DNA of 64,000 nucleotides from Promethearchaeota archaeon (GCA_008080735.1 SHMW01000002.1:54285-118284); one strand, 5' to 3'; numbered from the stretch's first letter, positions 52,000-63,187 are shown. Notes: generated by a model from the letters alone, not told the origin. Numbers and translations are program-made.

Positions 52000-52765
52000 T
52001 GGATACGGGGAGATGATCGAGAGGGGTTGTATCTGACAAATCTAATACAGTAAGCAATTAAAGATTCCCGATGGAATCCGGGAGCGATTCAAAGGGACAA
52101 TCTACTAAATATAGTTCCTTTAAGTTGGGAAGGTTGGCGATATTATCTGGAAGGGTGGTAAGATTATTATGGTTAAATTCTAAGATTCTTAGGTTTTGTA
52201 ATTCACCAATATTTTTTGGCAGCGAGAAAAGCCCATTCCCCTGTAGCTCGATTTCCTTTAGATTTTGGAGCATCCCAACGCTTTCAGGGAGTGTTTCGAG
52301 ATGAGCGTTTTGGACACAGAAAGACCGTAGATTTTTTAGATTTCCGATACTTTCTGGAAGTAAGTCCAACGGGATGTCCGAATCATAATCTGGATCCGCA
52401 AATAGGGCAAATTCTTCTAAATGTGTAAGCTTTCCTAAATTCTCCGGCAACACTTCTATTTTCCCGTCATAAAGATAGAGATCCGTCATTGGCTCATCAT
52501 TTTGCTCAGATTCCTCATTTATCTGTTTATTTTCTAGATATTTGGAGATCTCTTCCAATAATCGGACAATTTTTTAATTGCGTTCTTTCACCGCTAGTTT
52601 ATCGAGAATTCCTTTCCACAGATCCATATTAAAATATACCATCTTTTCATGATTAAATGTGGGTAATGATTGTGTTCGAATCATGCTTTTAAATTGTAAA
52701 AGAATCTATTTTGTGGGATTTTGCCTTAATAATTCAAGAAAGAACTGTTCTTCTTCTGGACGCAT
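52000..52765 (-). pseudogene. Leucine-rich repeat protein, 5' portion with three in-frame stops
   Basis: LPESIGNLKNL-type repeats; the frame extends from ATG 52765 through TAG/TAA into 52558 and past TAA 52058 to ...LDHLPVS. Confidence 0.85.
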
Positions 52766-52918
52766 TTTGAAATATCAGTTTTCACCATAATTTTAACTTA
52801 TACTAGGTCTCTTAGTTTTAATACGTTTCTTTTTCAATGTTTAGGAATAATTTAGTATAGAGGATTCATTATAAATCAAAAAAAACCGTGTATTGAAATG
52901 AGTTTACAAGATTCTTTT

Positions 52919-53470
52919 TTAACTGAATTTTTTTCTCACATTCCCTGCTAACCATCCCGATTTGGTAGATTTGATGAAATCAAATTCATTCAAATACGGT
53001 TTGATATCCAGAACTGGGGTCTTGTCTAAAATATCTATATTCTTCACGAATATTAGGTTATTTTCTATTTTCTCCAATTTCAGTATTGAGAGTCCGATGG
53101 GATTAGGGCGGAAGGGTGTACGCGTGGCGAAAACTCCTTTCTTCTCATTATCCAAGAAAGGTTTTGATTGAAGGGGGACCGGCAATTTCACCAAATCAAA
53201 GAAGTAAATACAATAGATATGTGAGAAGCCATCTAAATCTTTCAAACCAGCTGAATATTTGTCAAAAATTTCAATTTTTCCCCTTATTTCAGACATCGAA
53301 AACTGAATTGGGATACCTTTTAAAGTTTTTAGTGGAGAATGAAAGATCCCAATGGGATTTAATGAAATCTCGTCAATAGGATTTCTTCCTTCAACCTTGT
53401 GAAGTTTTCTTGTAAGAATATCCATACCTTCCGTGTCTTCAGTATCTGCGCTTTTTTTTATTGGTGGCAA
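52919..53470 (-). CDS. tsaA: TrmO/TsaA tRNA methyltransferase family
   Basis: GLKDLDGFSHI, GVFATRTPFRPNPIGLS, TPVLDIKPY. Confidence 0.9.
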   Translation of the reverse strand: MPPIKKSADTEDTEGMDILTRKLHKVEGRNPIDEISLNPIGIFHSPLKTLKGIPIQFSMSEIRGKIEIFDKYSAGLKDLDGFSHIYCIYFFDLVKLPVPLQSKPFLDNEKKGVFATRTPFRPNPIGLSILKLEKIENNLIFVKNIDILDKTPVLDIKPYLNEFDFIKSTKSGWLAGNVRKKFS

Positions 53471-53641
53471 CTTAAGTCAAATTATATGGTGATATTTGAA
53501 AAAAAAGGTTTTTTTAATTTATGTCCTCTGTAAGAGTCGAGATGTGATAAACTTTTTTAATGGTCTATTTTAAGCTTAATGAACTTTTAATAAATATAGA
53601 ATTTACCAAGAAAGCTTAAAATAAAAATGAAATGATCTAAA

Positions 53642-54712
53642 TTGAACAATACCCAATATTTACGCCCGATTATTAAGCAATTCAAAAGATTAAAGAAAAT
53701 TCCATGGACTCACTTAACTAATCTTCCAACCCCGATCGAACGCCTTAATGGTCTTGAGAAAAAACTGAATTTTAACCATATCTGGATAAAGAGAGACGAT
53801 CTTACGAGCCCCCATTATGGGGGAAATAAATCTCGTAAGCTTGAGTATCTGTTGGCTGGAGCAGAACATGAAGGCAAAAAGATTATCAAAACGGTGGGGG
53901 GGATAGGCTCTAATCACGCCGTTGCCACGAGTATCTTTTGTAAGCTTTTAGGGATGAAATGTAAGCTTTTTTTAGTCCCGCAACCGAATTCGGAGCATTG
54001 TCGGACAAATCTGCTTTTAGATTATTATTATGGTGCCGAATTAAATTATTGTGAAGATCCTTCAGAATATCCAGAGGATATTGATATTCCTCGTGGAGGG
54101 ACAAGCCCGATCGGGAACTTAGGCTATGTAAACGCGGCATTGGAACTAAAGGAGCAAATAGATGAGGATATCTTACCTGAACCTGATATAATCTTTGTCA
54201 CCAAAGGCAGTTCTGGCACTCTAGCGGGATTATTACTCGGATTTGAGCTTTTAGGTCTCAAAACCATATTATACGGTGTTACGATTATTAACTCAAATAC
54301 AAAGGAAGATGTGATCACCCATGCGATGGATACTTGGGAGTTAATGAAGCATACTCATGACAATTTATGTGAAGTAGAACGTGAAAATTTGAAAAATCGC
54401 TTGGTGGTATTGGATAAATTTTATGGTGAGGGTTATGGATATACCACAGTGAAGGGAGAAAATGCTATTAGATTGATCAAAAAAACCGATGAGATACTCC
54501 TTGATTCTACTTATACAGGCAAAACGATGTCTGCTATGATTTCTTTTATTCGTTCGAATAAGAACGATCTTCTCGATAAACACATTCTATTTTGGAATAC
54601 GTTTAATTCGGTAAATGTCAATGAAAAAATAAAAAACCTAAATTATCGGGTTTTGCCCAAGGAGTTTCATAAATTTTTTAATGGGACAATCTCTATCGAA
54701 AACACTATCTAA
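53642..54712 (+). CDS. PLP enzyme, D-cysteine desulfhydrase / ACC deaminase family
   Basis: PTPI, WIKRDD, GGNKSRKLE, SNHA, GSSGT.AG, LDSTYTGK. Confidence 0.9.
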   Translation: MNNTQYLRPIIKQFKRLKKIPWTHLTNLPTPIERLNGLEKKLNFNHIWIKRDDLTSPHYGGNKSRKLEYLLAGAEHEGKKIIKTVGGIGSNHAVATSIFCKLLGMKCKLFLVPQPNSEHCRTNLLLDYYYGAELNYCEDPSEYPEDIDIPRGGTSPIGNLGYVNAALELKEQIDEDILPEPDIIFVTKGSSGTLAGLLLGFELLGLKTILYGVTIINSNTKEDVITHAMDTWELMKHTHDNLCEVERENLKNRLVVLDKFYGEGYGYTTVKGENAIRLIKKTDEILLDSTYTGKTMSAMISFIRSNKNDLLDKHILFWNTFNSVNVNEKIKNLNYRVLPKEFHKFFNGTISIENTI

Positions 54713-54982
54713 TCTATAATTTCCCCTTGTAATTTTCCCAATAGTTTAATGAATATTGTTATTTTTTTTATTGGAATGAATCTTTGAAGAATACCGAGAA
54801 ATTTTGGACGTGTGCATGCCCCATCCGTTCGATTTCACGTAAAATTGCTTCGGATAGTTTCTCTTCCATTTAAATAATTACTATCTTCTCTAGGACATTT
54901 TTTCTTAGGATCTCTGAATAGACCAATAGAAAATTCTCTATAATAGGTAAATTTAAGGGATATAATGTAATAATAAAAAAAA

Positions 54983-55708
54983 TTATTTAATAAGTAAATT
55001 TTCTAACCATTTCGGTAAGATAAATCCAAAATAGAAGCAGATTGATGAAAATATAAGTATAAACCGAATGATGGGAAGAGTTATAAAATCTAAGGGGATT
55101 TGCGAATCTGCTATTGATCCGATTGTAAAAAGAATAAAACTTGTCAAGAGAAATTTTCCCTTTAACTTTATAATTGCTTGATCAGACCTTATAGATTCTC
55201 GAGAAATAAGAATACCTACAAATAATATATAAAAAATTGTCAAAGTAAGACCGATTTGCAGAAAACCTCGATATTCCACATCTGTTATGCCTTGTAATAT
55301 ACCTAATTGTGTTTCCTGTAGATATTCATTTGAGGAAAATATAAATAACAGGGTTTCCCATACTATTGCGATTATTATTACAATAGCCATAAGAATTCGT
55401 TTTTTATTTTCGAATTTCAATTCTGTTAAAGCTGCTGTGAATAAAATATGAAATCCTGGAATTGCAATGTTTCCCAGTATTAAGTATTGAGTATCTGTAA
55501 GACCAGACCCACCAGTAATTAAAGCTTTTAAAAAGGAGACTGTAGAAGACCACCAAGGACACGCGATTAAAATAATCGCAAATCCCATATATAGAATTGT
55601 TTTTACTCTATATTGGAAATATCTTGAAATTATTATTATTCCTACGATTGTAGAAATAATAACAAAAACGAGACTTAGAGATCCATTTAATATACTATTA
55701 ATATCCAT
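54983..55708 (-). CDS. Stand-alone 7TM membrane protein (paralog 1)
   Basis: Seven hydrophobic helices; RES.RSD....KLKGKFLL motif. Confidence 0.75.
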   Translation of the reverse strand: MDINSILNGSLSLVFVIISTIVGIIIISRYFQYRVKTILYMGFAIILIACPWWSSTVSFLKALITGGSGLTDTQYLILGNIAIPGFHILFTAALTELKFENKKRILMAIVIIIAIVWETLLFIFSSNEYLQETQLGILQGITDVEYRGFLQIGLTLTIFYILFVGILISRESIRSDQAIIKLKGKFLLTSFILFTIGSIADSQIPLDFITLPIIRFILIFSSICFYFGFILPKWLENLLIK

Positions 55709-55827
55709 AAAATATTCCCTAAAATAGATATTATAGGTGGAAAATGCATTAAAGGATAAATATCTTAGCTATTAATATTAACAACAAATTGAGATAAATC
55801 GGAAATTTCGACTAAAAAATAATTGGT

Positions 55828-56571
55828 TTAAGCCATCATTTTATCTCCTATTAATAATTTAGCTAGCCTATCGGACATTAAAAAACCCAAATAATATTCT
55901 ATCGCACTTGAGATCAATAAGATTCTAATTATTATTAAGATTATCGGATTTGTGAACCCTCCCGCATCGAATATTCCTCCAATCGCCAATGAAAACATTC
56001 CTGCTAAAATAAACTTCCCTTTAAGCTGGATTTTTGGGATATCTGATTTCATAGATTCTCGAGCAAATAATATACCTGTGATTAGAATAGTACCAATTGA
56101 AAACATAAGAAATGATAATCCATACCATTGATGCTCCGAATTGAAATTTCCTATAGTTGCTATTTGGTCGGGATCGCTAAACAAAAAATATATGAAAAAG
56201 ACTTCATATAATCCACAGATGATGATATATGGGGGAAATACTTTTTTAAACCAATTTGGATAAGCTAGTTTTAAAAATGAATACATCCAACATAATAGAG
56301 CAATAAAAATAAACGCATCGCCGAAGAATAAAAATTCAATCTGAGTAAATTCATAATTAAAGAGTAGATAGGCAAGAAAGGAAAAAGCGGAGCCCCACCA
56401 TGCAGAACTCAAGAAGATTAAGGCTAATCCTACTGTGATTAATTCCTTCATCTTAAGTTCAAAATATTTGGTAAGAATTCGAAGACCAATAATTATGGCT
56501 ATAAACACAAAAATCACACTTAAAATTCCATAAAGAATCTCATAGCCTTGTATTCCATTTTGGAGCATCAT
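55828..56571 (-). CDS. Stand-alone 7TM membrane protein (paralog 2)
   Basis: Seven helices; RESMKSD....QLKGKFIL. Confidence 0.75.
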   Translation of the reverse strand: MMLQNGIQGYEILYGILSVIFVFIAIIIGLRILTKYFELKMKELITVGLALIFLSSAWWGSAFSFLAYLLFNYEFTQIEFLFFGDAFIFIALLCWMYSFLKLAYPNWFKKVFPPYIIICGLYEVFFIYFLFSDPDQIATIGNFNSEHQWYGLSFLMFSIGTILITGILFARESMKSDIPKIQLKGKFILAGMFSLAIGGIFDAGGFTNPIILIIIRILLISSAIEYYLGFLMSDRLAKLLIGDKMMA

Positions 56572-56792
56572 ACTAATTTATTGGTTTTTCATATAAAAAA
56601 GGTTATTGCTCATGTTTTTATTAAGATCTTATTATGATATTAATTTTATACTGCGCTGCTGGTTTATAGACCTTATTCTAAGATAATGAGGATTCACTTC
56701 AATTTTTTCGTTTTTAAAAATTAATTAAAAAGAAAGAATTATACGAAATAATTACTTGTTACCTTAAAGAACCAATAATATACCTCAATATT

Positions 56793-57518
56793 ATGACCTC
56801 TGATACTGAAGGCATAAAGAAGCAACTGACACAAAAAGTAGAGGTAATGAAGCTTTTGAATACGGTCACTCGTCTGAGGATAATCTTAATTTTATTGGTT
56901 TATGGAAAGCAGAGTCTGGCAGAATTAGAAGAAAAAATTGGACGAACTAAGGCCACCATTACTCATCATATTAAGAAATTTGAAGAATTAGGAATTATAA
57001 AGACTACGAGAAAAAATGCTCGGGGGTCAATTGATGCGAAAGTGTATCAATTAATTCCTGAGTTTTTAGATTTAATCCAATTAAGTCCCGAAGAGCTAAA
57101 TGTTATCGAGGAGGATGACCAGAAAGATATATTGCAATTCTTACTACTAAGGGATAAATGGATGTTTGAGATGATCAGAAACATCTTTCAATTAATAAAC
57201 CTATTCTATAAGGATTTGGAATTTGATTTTGTAAATCTGAATTTAAAAGATTTTGAGGATGTTAAAAAACAATATTTTGAAAACTTAGTTCAGTATGATA
57301 TCTTATTTCTTAATAAGGAACATAAGGACCAATATAGTGAGCTTTTAAAGTCCTTAAAGTCCAAATTGAACAAGAAAAGAGAAGAAGAAACAAATTACAT
57401 TGTAAATGATGCTCCATATCTGATATTCAACTCGATAATCCCCTTGGAAGATATTCTGAAATATGATCCCGAGACAAGAAAATTCATTCGTTTCTTCAGA
57501 GTTTTCGATAAAGAATAA
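56793..57518 (+). CDS. ArsR-type winged-HTH transcription regulator
   Basis: TRLRIIL.L, KATITHHIKKFEELGII, KVYQL. Confidence 0.85.
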   Translation: MTSDTEGIKKQLTQKVEVMKLLNTVTRLRIILILLVYGKQSLAELEEKIGRTKATITHHIKKFEELGIIKTTRKNARGSIDAKVYQLIPEFLDLIQLSPEELNVIEEDDQKDILQFLLLRDKWMFEMIRNIFQLINLFYKDLEFDFVNLNLKDFEDVKKQYFENLVQYDILFLNKEHKDQYSELLKSLKSKLNKKREEETNYIVNDAPYLIFNSIIPLEDILKYDPETRKFIRFFRVFDKE

Positions 57519-57751
57519 CTACTTCTATCTAATAATCAACTCTGAAAAGGATTTGATTCTATTCATTATAGGTTGATGATTTATTTTTGTTTTTTTTCGT
57601 TATATATAATGATATATATCGTTTAAAAACCTTATTAAACATTTGATTATTTAAATAGGGTATCAAATATCTTTATATAAGATTTTTACTAATTATAATA
57701 ATATTGATTAACCAAATGGAATCACACGATAAATAAAAAAAAATGTTTTAA

Positions 57752-59161
57752 GTGAAAAATATGTCAAAAAGTAAGACAGATCAAGAATCAAAAATAGAAA
57801 AGACATCTTCAAAAGGGAAGAGGGAGATGACTTGGTATGAAGACCCGAATCTGAGGAACCTCTACGTCAAAAGCGCCTCTAACGCTATGAAGGGTTATCA
57901 CCTACCGATTACCACCCCAAAAACAGTTTTTACAGGTACTAACAGTTTAACAGACTTTACAATTCATTTAGGTGCGTTTTTAGATGAAGATGAGAAGAGG
58001 GTTCTCATTATTGTAGATAAAGATCTGCGAAAAATGGGAGAGCGAGTTGCGGACTTTATTAAAGAAAAGCGGGATATAGAGAGCCGAATTTTTGACGAAG
58101 TCCTCCCTGAAGTCCCCAAGTCGAAAATTAACAAAGCGATTGATATTTGTAAAGAATTTGATCCAAAAGTGTTTATTGCGGTTGGTGGTGGGTCTGCGAT
58201 TGATATGTCGAAATTGATTCTTCTTTATTATGAAAAACCGGAAATAAATGTAAACCAGATGATGCCTCCAAGCTATTTAGGGCTTAGAAAAAAGGTCTAC
58301 ATATTAGCAGCTATTCCTACAACCAGCGGTACGGGGGCAGAAGGCTCTTTTAACGCAATGATTTATGATGACACGCGAAAACCACCCGTGAAGGTTGCTG
58401 TTGCATTGTATGAATTTTGTCCTGATTTTGTGGTATTACATCCCGACTTTGTAAAAACAATGCCTAAATGGCTCACGATGGGTACGGGAATGGATGCTCT
58501 GGCTCACGCAACCGGAGCATATGTATTAATTGGCAGTTCACCCTTCACAGATTCTATGAATATTACAGGGATCGAATTGATTTTACAATATTTACCGAGA
58601 GCAGTAGCAAGAGGAGATGATATGGAAGCGCGCGAAAAAATGCAATTAGCAGCTTATCTTGCTGGCATTGGATTTATCAATACCAGCGCTGCGGGGGTAG
58701 AGCACGCGCTTGGACATTCCTTCGGGGCCGTTTTCCACGTCCATCACGGAATTACAGTCGGACTCTTCTTGGCACCCTCTGTTGCGTATCAAGCAAAAGT
58801 CACGGATAGATTTATTAAGCTTGCGGAAGTCTATGCCATAGAACTAAGCGATAAACCCCGGCATGATGTCATCACGGAGATTGCCCATATGTCCAGAGAG
58901 GAAGCATTGAGAACCTTTTTTAAAAACCTTTTCAAATTTATGAATATGGTCGGAGCTCCAAAATCCATTTCAGAGTTAGATATGCCACAAATAGATAAAG
59001 CGGATTATGAGGCAAACTTAGGATTATTAGCAGAACAAGCATTTAATGATACATGTGCGCTATATTCTAGTAGACCGTTTACCCTGGAAAATATACGCCG
59101 GATCTACGAAATTGCATGGGATAATGATATTGAAAAGTTAATTAAGTTATTTAAAACCTAA
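57752..59161 (+). CDS. Iron-containing alcohol dehydrogenase
   Basis: GGGSAID, IPTTSGTGAE, GMDALAH, HALGH, HG metal ligands. Confidence 0.92.
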   Translation: MKNMSKSKTDQESKIEKTSSKGKREMTWYEDPNLRNLYVKSASNAMKGYHLPITTPKTVFTGTNSLTDFTIHLGAFLDEDEKRVLIIVDKDLRKMGERVADFIKEKRDIESRIFDEVLPEVPKSKINKAIDICKEFDPKVFIAVGGGSAIDMSKLILLYYEKPEINVNQMMPPSYLGLRKKVYILAAIPTTSGTGAEGSFNAMIYDDTRKPPVKVAVALYEFCPDFVVLHPDFVKTMPKWLTMGTGMDALAHATGAYVLIGSSPFTDSMNITGIELILQYLPRAVARGDDMEAREKMQLAAYLAGIGFINTSAAGVEHALGHSFGAVFHVHHGITVGLFLAPSVAYQAKVTDRFIKLAEVYAIELSDKPRHDVITEIAHMSREEALRTFFKNLFKFMNMVGAPKSISELDMPQIDKADYEANLGLLAEQAFNDTCALYSSRPFTLENIRRIYEIAWDNDIEKLIKLFKT

Positions 59162-61027
59162 TTGGTGATTATGAAAATGTATGGATATAATGGAAAAATA
59201 GCCTATATCAACTTGTCAGATGGTACGATTGATATACAAAATTTAGATGAGGAAATAGCTAAAAAATATATCGGAGGAGCCAGTCTATCGGCTAAATTGA
59301 CCTACGATCTTCTTTCTGCCAATGATTTTGAGACTTTGAAGAGCGACCCGTTTAGTGAGATTAATCCTCTTATTTTCTCTACTGGACCCTTGACGGCCTC
59401 TTTAGTTCCTTCTAGTAGTCGATATTGCGTCACAGCGATCTCTCCTTTAACTGGAATCTGGGGAGAGTCGACTTCAGGAGGATACTTTCCCACCGCATTG
59501 AGAAGGAGTGGGTATGATGCCATCATCATTACGGGTAGAGCAAAAACTCCTCAAATGATAGTGATAAGAGATGGAGAGATCTCTATATTAGACGCTCAGG
59601 ATATTTGGGGGGACGATACGAGGACTGCTATAGGAAAAATTCGTGCGGACCTAGAAGATGACAAAATACGCGTTGCGTGTATTGGAAAAGGCGGAGAGAA
59701 GAAAGTTAGATATGCATGTATCATCAATGATGAGGGCCGGGCAGCTGGACGTTGCGGAATAGGAGGAATTATGGGAGATAAGCACCTTAAAGCAATTGCT
59801 ATAAAAGGTTCAAATAAAATTGAATATGCTGATTTGGATAAAATGAGAAACACTATAAAGCCGATTAGAACGGTAATGGAACAGAATTTTGGCCTTAATT
59901 TTTTCAGCCATTATGGTACACTATGCTATATGGATATGGGGATGGTTTTGGGTGATGTTCCTCACAGATATTTCACTTCAACCGACTTTAGAGCCGAATA
60001 TCTCACTGGAAGAGCACTTAAAGAAAAATATCCCGTCTTGAACTATAATTGTGCGGGATGTACTGTAGCATGTGGGCGAACAACTATTGTCGAAAAGAAT
60101 GGAGAGAAACTCGAAATTGACGGACCTGAATATGAAACCACGGCTGCCTTCGGTCCTTTATGTGATGTACTTGACTGGGATCCGATTCTTGAATGTAACC
60201 ATCTATGTAACTTACAAAGCTTGGATACCATATCTGCAGGAGTCAGTATCGCATTCTTATTTTATTTAGGGGAAGAAGGACTCGTTAAGGAGAAAATCAC
60301 TCCTTTATTGAAAGATATGTCCTATGAGGATCTGAGATTTGGGAATGCTGAAATTATGGTAAAATTACTTAACCAAATTATTAACAGGGAAGGTATTGGA
60401 GACCTTCTTGCAGAAGGAGTGAAACGCATAGCTGAGGAACTTGGAGTGGATCCAGAATTAGCCGCACATGTAAAAGGATTGGAAGTCCCTATGCATGATC
60501 CACGAGCATATGCGATTCAAGCGTTAGCGTATGAAATATGCAATGTTGGAGCAAGTCATGAAAAACCAGATATTTTTAATATAGAGGGAGATACGGCTAC
60601 AATTCCACGTGTTAAAACAGGAGATCGATTTAGTCCAGAAGGAAAAGAAAAAGGTTTAGTTTTATACTGGAATTTGACGAACTTATATGATTCATCTGTT
60701 ATTTGTAATTTTTCCCACATCCAACAAAATCAGCTCGCAAGATTATTAGGCGCATCGACAGGATTTAAAGAAATAGCTAAGAAAAAAGGTGCATTAGAAG
60801 CAGGAGAGAGAGGAAATCAGTTAAAAAGATTAATCAATTGTAAACTTGGAATTACCAGGAAAGATGATAAACTTCCAAAAATCGTTACAAAAGTACTTCA
60901 TCATGGTGGTGCGATGAATGTGAAATTAGATCTCGAGGACAATCTTAAGAAGTTCTATAAATATGCGGGATGGGATTGGGAATCTGGATGCCCTACGGAA
61001 GAAAAAATTCAAGAAATGGAAATTTAA
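59162..61027 (+). CDS. aor: Tungsten aldehyde:ferredoxin oxidoreductase family
   Basis: SPLTG...ES..GG, GRAAGR.G.G..MG.K.LKAI, CxxCxxxC, GPEYET, HVKGLE...HDPR. Confidence 0.93.
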   Translation: MVIMKMYGYNGKIAYINLSDGTIDIQNLDEEIAKKYIGGASLSAKLTYDLLSANDFETLKSDPFSEINPLIFSTGPLTASLVPSSSRYCVTAISPLTGIWGESTSGGYFPTALRRSGYDAIIITGRAKTPQMIVIRDGEISILDAQDIWGDDTRTAIGKIRADLEDDKIRVACIGKGGEKKVRYACIINDEGRAAGRCGIGGIMGDKHLKAIAIKGSNKIEYADLDKMRNTIKPIRTVMEQNFGLNFFSHYGTLCYMDMGMVLGDVPHRYFTSTDFRAEYLTGRALKEKYPVLNYNCAGCTVACGRTTIVEKNGEKLEIDGPEYETTAAFGPLCDVLDWDPILECNHLCNLQSLDTISAGVSIAFLFYLGEEGLVKEKITPLLKDMSYEDLRFGNAEIMVKLLNQIINREGIGDLLAEGVKRIAEELGVDPELAAHVKGLEVPMHDPRAYAIQALAYEICNVGASHEKPDIFNIEGDTATIPRVKTGDRFSPEGKEKGLVLYWNLTNLYDSSVICNFSHIQQNQLARLLGASTGFKEIAKKKGALEAGERGNQLKRLINCKLGITRKDDKLPKIVTKVLHHGGAMNVKLDLEDNLKKFYKYAGWDWESGCPTEEKIQEMEI

Positions 61028-61070
61028 TACAATCTTTTTTTTTTATATTATAGCTTATTTATAAAGATAA

Positions 61071-61826
61071 TTGATGAATATTATGACAAAATTGATTTAC
61101 TTGGGTTGCCTTTCCAAAAAACACTATGAAAAGACCTGTGCTAACGCGATAAGGGTGATCAATTATTTAGATGAGCAATATCAAGTGATTGATGATGCTC
61201 CTTGTTGCGGGTCCTTAACCTTTCATTACGGTAATAATGAGAAAACTAGAAACCACATAAAATATGTGAATTCTTGGTTTCAATATCATAATATAGATAA
61301 AATTCTGACCATTTGCGCTGGATGTTATCAATATCTTACCAGGTATTATCCCGTGATCCTTGGTTCTGAATTCAATATTAAAGTGGAACATATCATCCAA
61401 TTCATAGCTAGGCCTGATAATTTGAAAAAATTAGATTTGAAATACAATGGAAAAAAACTGAAAATTTCTTATCATGATGCCTGTCATTTAAAAAATGCCA
61501 TTCAACCCGTTATAGAGGAGCCAAGGACTATACTCAATTCAATTGACAAAATAACTTTACATGCAATGGAAAATGAAAAATTATATAGTATTTGTTGTGG
61601 CTCTGGCGGAGGCGTGTATTCTATATTCAAAGAAAACAGTGATTTTAATACCCAAACTATATTTGATCAAGCTAAACGAGCTAAAATCTTATTAACAGGG
61701 TGTCCATTCTGTTATACCGCATTTAAGCGAGTTGGGGCTGAGATTAATTATAAAAAAACAATAATGAAATTTGAAGATTTTATTGCTACAATAAAATTTG
61801 GAAACGGAGGGAAAACATTGGAATGA
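61071..61826 (+). CDS. CCG-domain Fe-S protein (LutA/HdrB/GlpC-like)
   Basis: CCG, CAGC, YHDACHL, CCGSGGG, CPFC. Confidence 0.88.
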   Translation: MMNIMTKLIYLGCLSKKHYEKTCANAIRVINYLDEQYQVIDDAPCCGSLTFHYGNNEKTRNHIKYVNSWFQYHNIDKILTICAGCYQYLTRYYPVILGSEFNIKVEHIIQFIARPDNLKKLDLKYNGKKLKISYHDACHLKNAIQPVIEEPRTILNSIDKITLHAMENEKLYSICCGSGGGVYSIFKENSDFNTQTIFDQAKRAKILLTGCPFCYTAFKRVGAEINYKKTIMKFEDFIATIKFGNGGKTLE

Positions 61827-63124
61827 GTATGGGAGAAGATTATTATCGTGAGTTGAAAGCCAAAATTGAAAAACTTCGAAATGAGGACTCCTTAGAACAT
61901 AAATTCCATGAATTTTGGAAGTTGGGATGTACCGCAAAATATAAAGCTTTCGAATTGAAATTTTTATACGAAAATTCAAGTAGAGAATTTGTTGAGAAAT
62001 ATAAGGAGCAGCTAATCAAAATTAGGGAAGAATGCATCGAAGATTTAGAAAAGAATGTCGAAAAATGTATGAAAGTGATGAAGAAAGCCAATAATATGAG
62101 GGTATATTATGCCAAAACTAATGAAGATGCACATCGATATTTCATGGAAGAATTAGGAGGCACACGAGTATTGTTTAAGTCTAAATCCAATGAAGCTAAA
62201 GATATTGGATTAATTGAATTTTTAGAGGAGGAGGGAATTGAACTCATTGAGACAGATATGGGTGATATTATCTTGGAATTAATGGAATATGACCACCCCA
62301 CATATCAATTAGGACCCGGAGCACATTTTAAGGAAGAAGAAATAGTTCAAAAAATAAAAGAAAAACATGGAGTAGAATTAGAACCAAATGCACAAGCAAT
62401 AGTAGATTATTATAGGGAAAATTTTAGGAAAGAATTGCTAAATAAAGTAAAAATTTCTTTAACTTCTGCCAATGCAATCTCTGCCGACGATGGAACGATT
62501 TTTCTGGGTGAAAATGAAGGAAATATAAGTCTTTTGACAAGGGCAGTGGATACGCATATAGTTGTATGCGGCATTACTAAAATTGTGCCCACGATAATAG
62601 ATGCTTTGATTATAACGAAAATACAAGAGCGGATAAATAATGTGTCTTTTAGATACATATCTCTTATTTCTGGCCCATCTAATACTTCTGATATCCAAGG
62701 GAAACAAGTACAAGGGATGTATGGTGCGAAAGAAGTTGTGGTCATTTTTGTTGATGATTGGAGGATAAGAGCAAAAGAAGAAGATATGCCATATAAAGAT
62801 TTTCTTAAATGTATTTCATGTAAGAGCTGTATATATCTATGTACCGCATTTCGTGCATTTGGTAATCTCTATGCGTCAAAATATGGGATCGGAGGTCCAA
62901 TGATCATCCGAGATTACATCCATAATGGAATTGAAGCAGCTGTGAAAGATGGCTTGTTTCTGTGTAGTGGTTGCGAAAATTGTACGAATTGGTGTCCCGC
63001 GGGAATAGATCTCGCTCAAATTATAAGAATGTTAAAAAAAGAAGCCACAGATAATAATTTATGTCCCCTTACTCTAAAAGAATACCAAGAAAAAATAATA
63101 AATGAAAAAAATCCTTTTCTTTAA
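61823..63124 (+). CDS. LUD-domain / LutB-like protein with two [4Fe-4S] motifs
   Basis: KSKS, ETDMGD, ENEGN, ISGPS.TSDI, CxxCxxCxxxC twice. Confidence 0.88.
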   Translation: MSMGEDYYRELKAKIEKLRNEDSLEHKFHEFWKLGCTAKYKAFELKFLYENSSREFVEKYKEQLIKIREECIEDLEKNVEKCMKVMKKANNMRVYYAKTNEDAHRYFMEELGGTRVLFKSKSNEAKDIGLIEFLEEEGIELIETDMGDIILELMEYDHPTYQLGPGAHFKEEEIVQKIKEKHGVELEPNAQAIVDYYRENFRKELLNKVKISLTSANAISADDGTIFLGENEGNISLLTRAVDTHIVVCGITKIVPTIIDALIITKIQERINNVSFRYISLISGPSNTSDIQGKQVQGMYGAKEVVVIFVDDWRIRAKEEDMPYKDFLKCISCKSCIYLCTAFRAFGNLYASKYGIGGPMIIRDYIHNGIEAAVKDGLFLCSGCENCTNWCPAGIDLAQIIRMLKKEATDNNLCPLTLKEYQEKIINEKNPFL

Positions 63125-63187
63125 CCCTATATTTTCTTTCTAATTCAGCTATAATTACTATTTATTCCCAAATTTTTGGTTATTAAG

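Noticed and set aside
54983-56571. Rhodopsins
   Set aside because: No retinal-binding Lys in TM7 (Arg instead) and no rhodopsin TM3 motifs.
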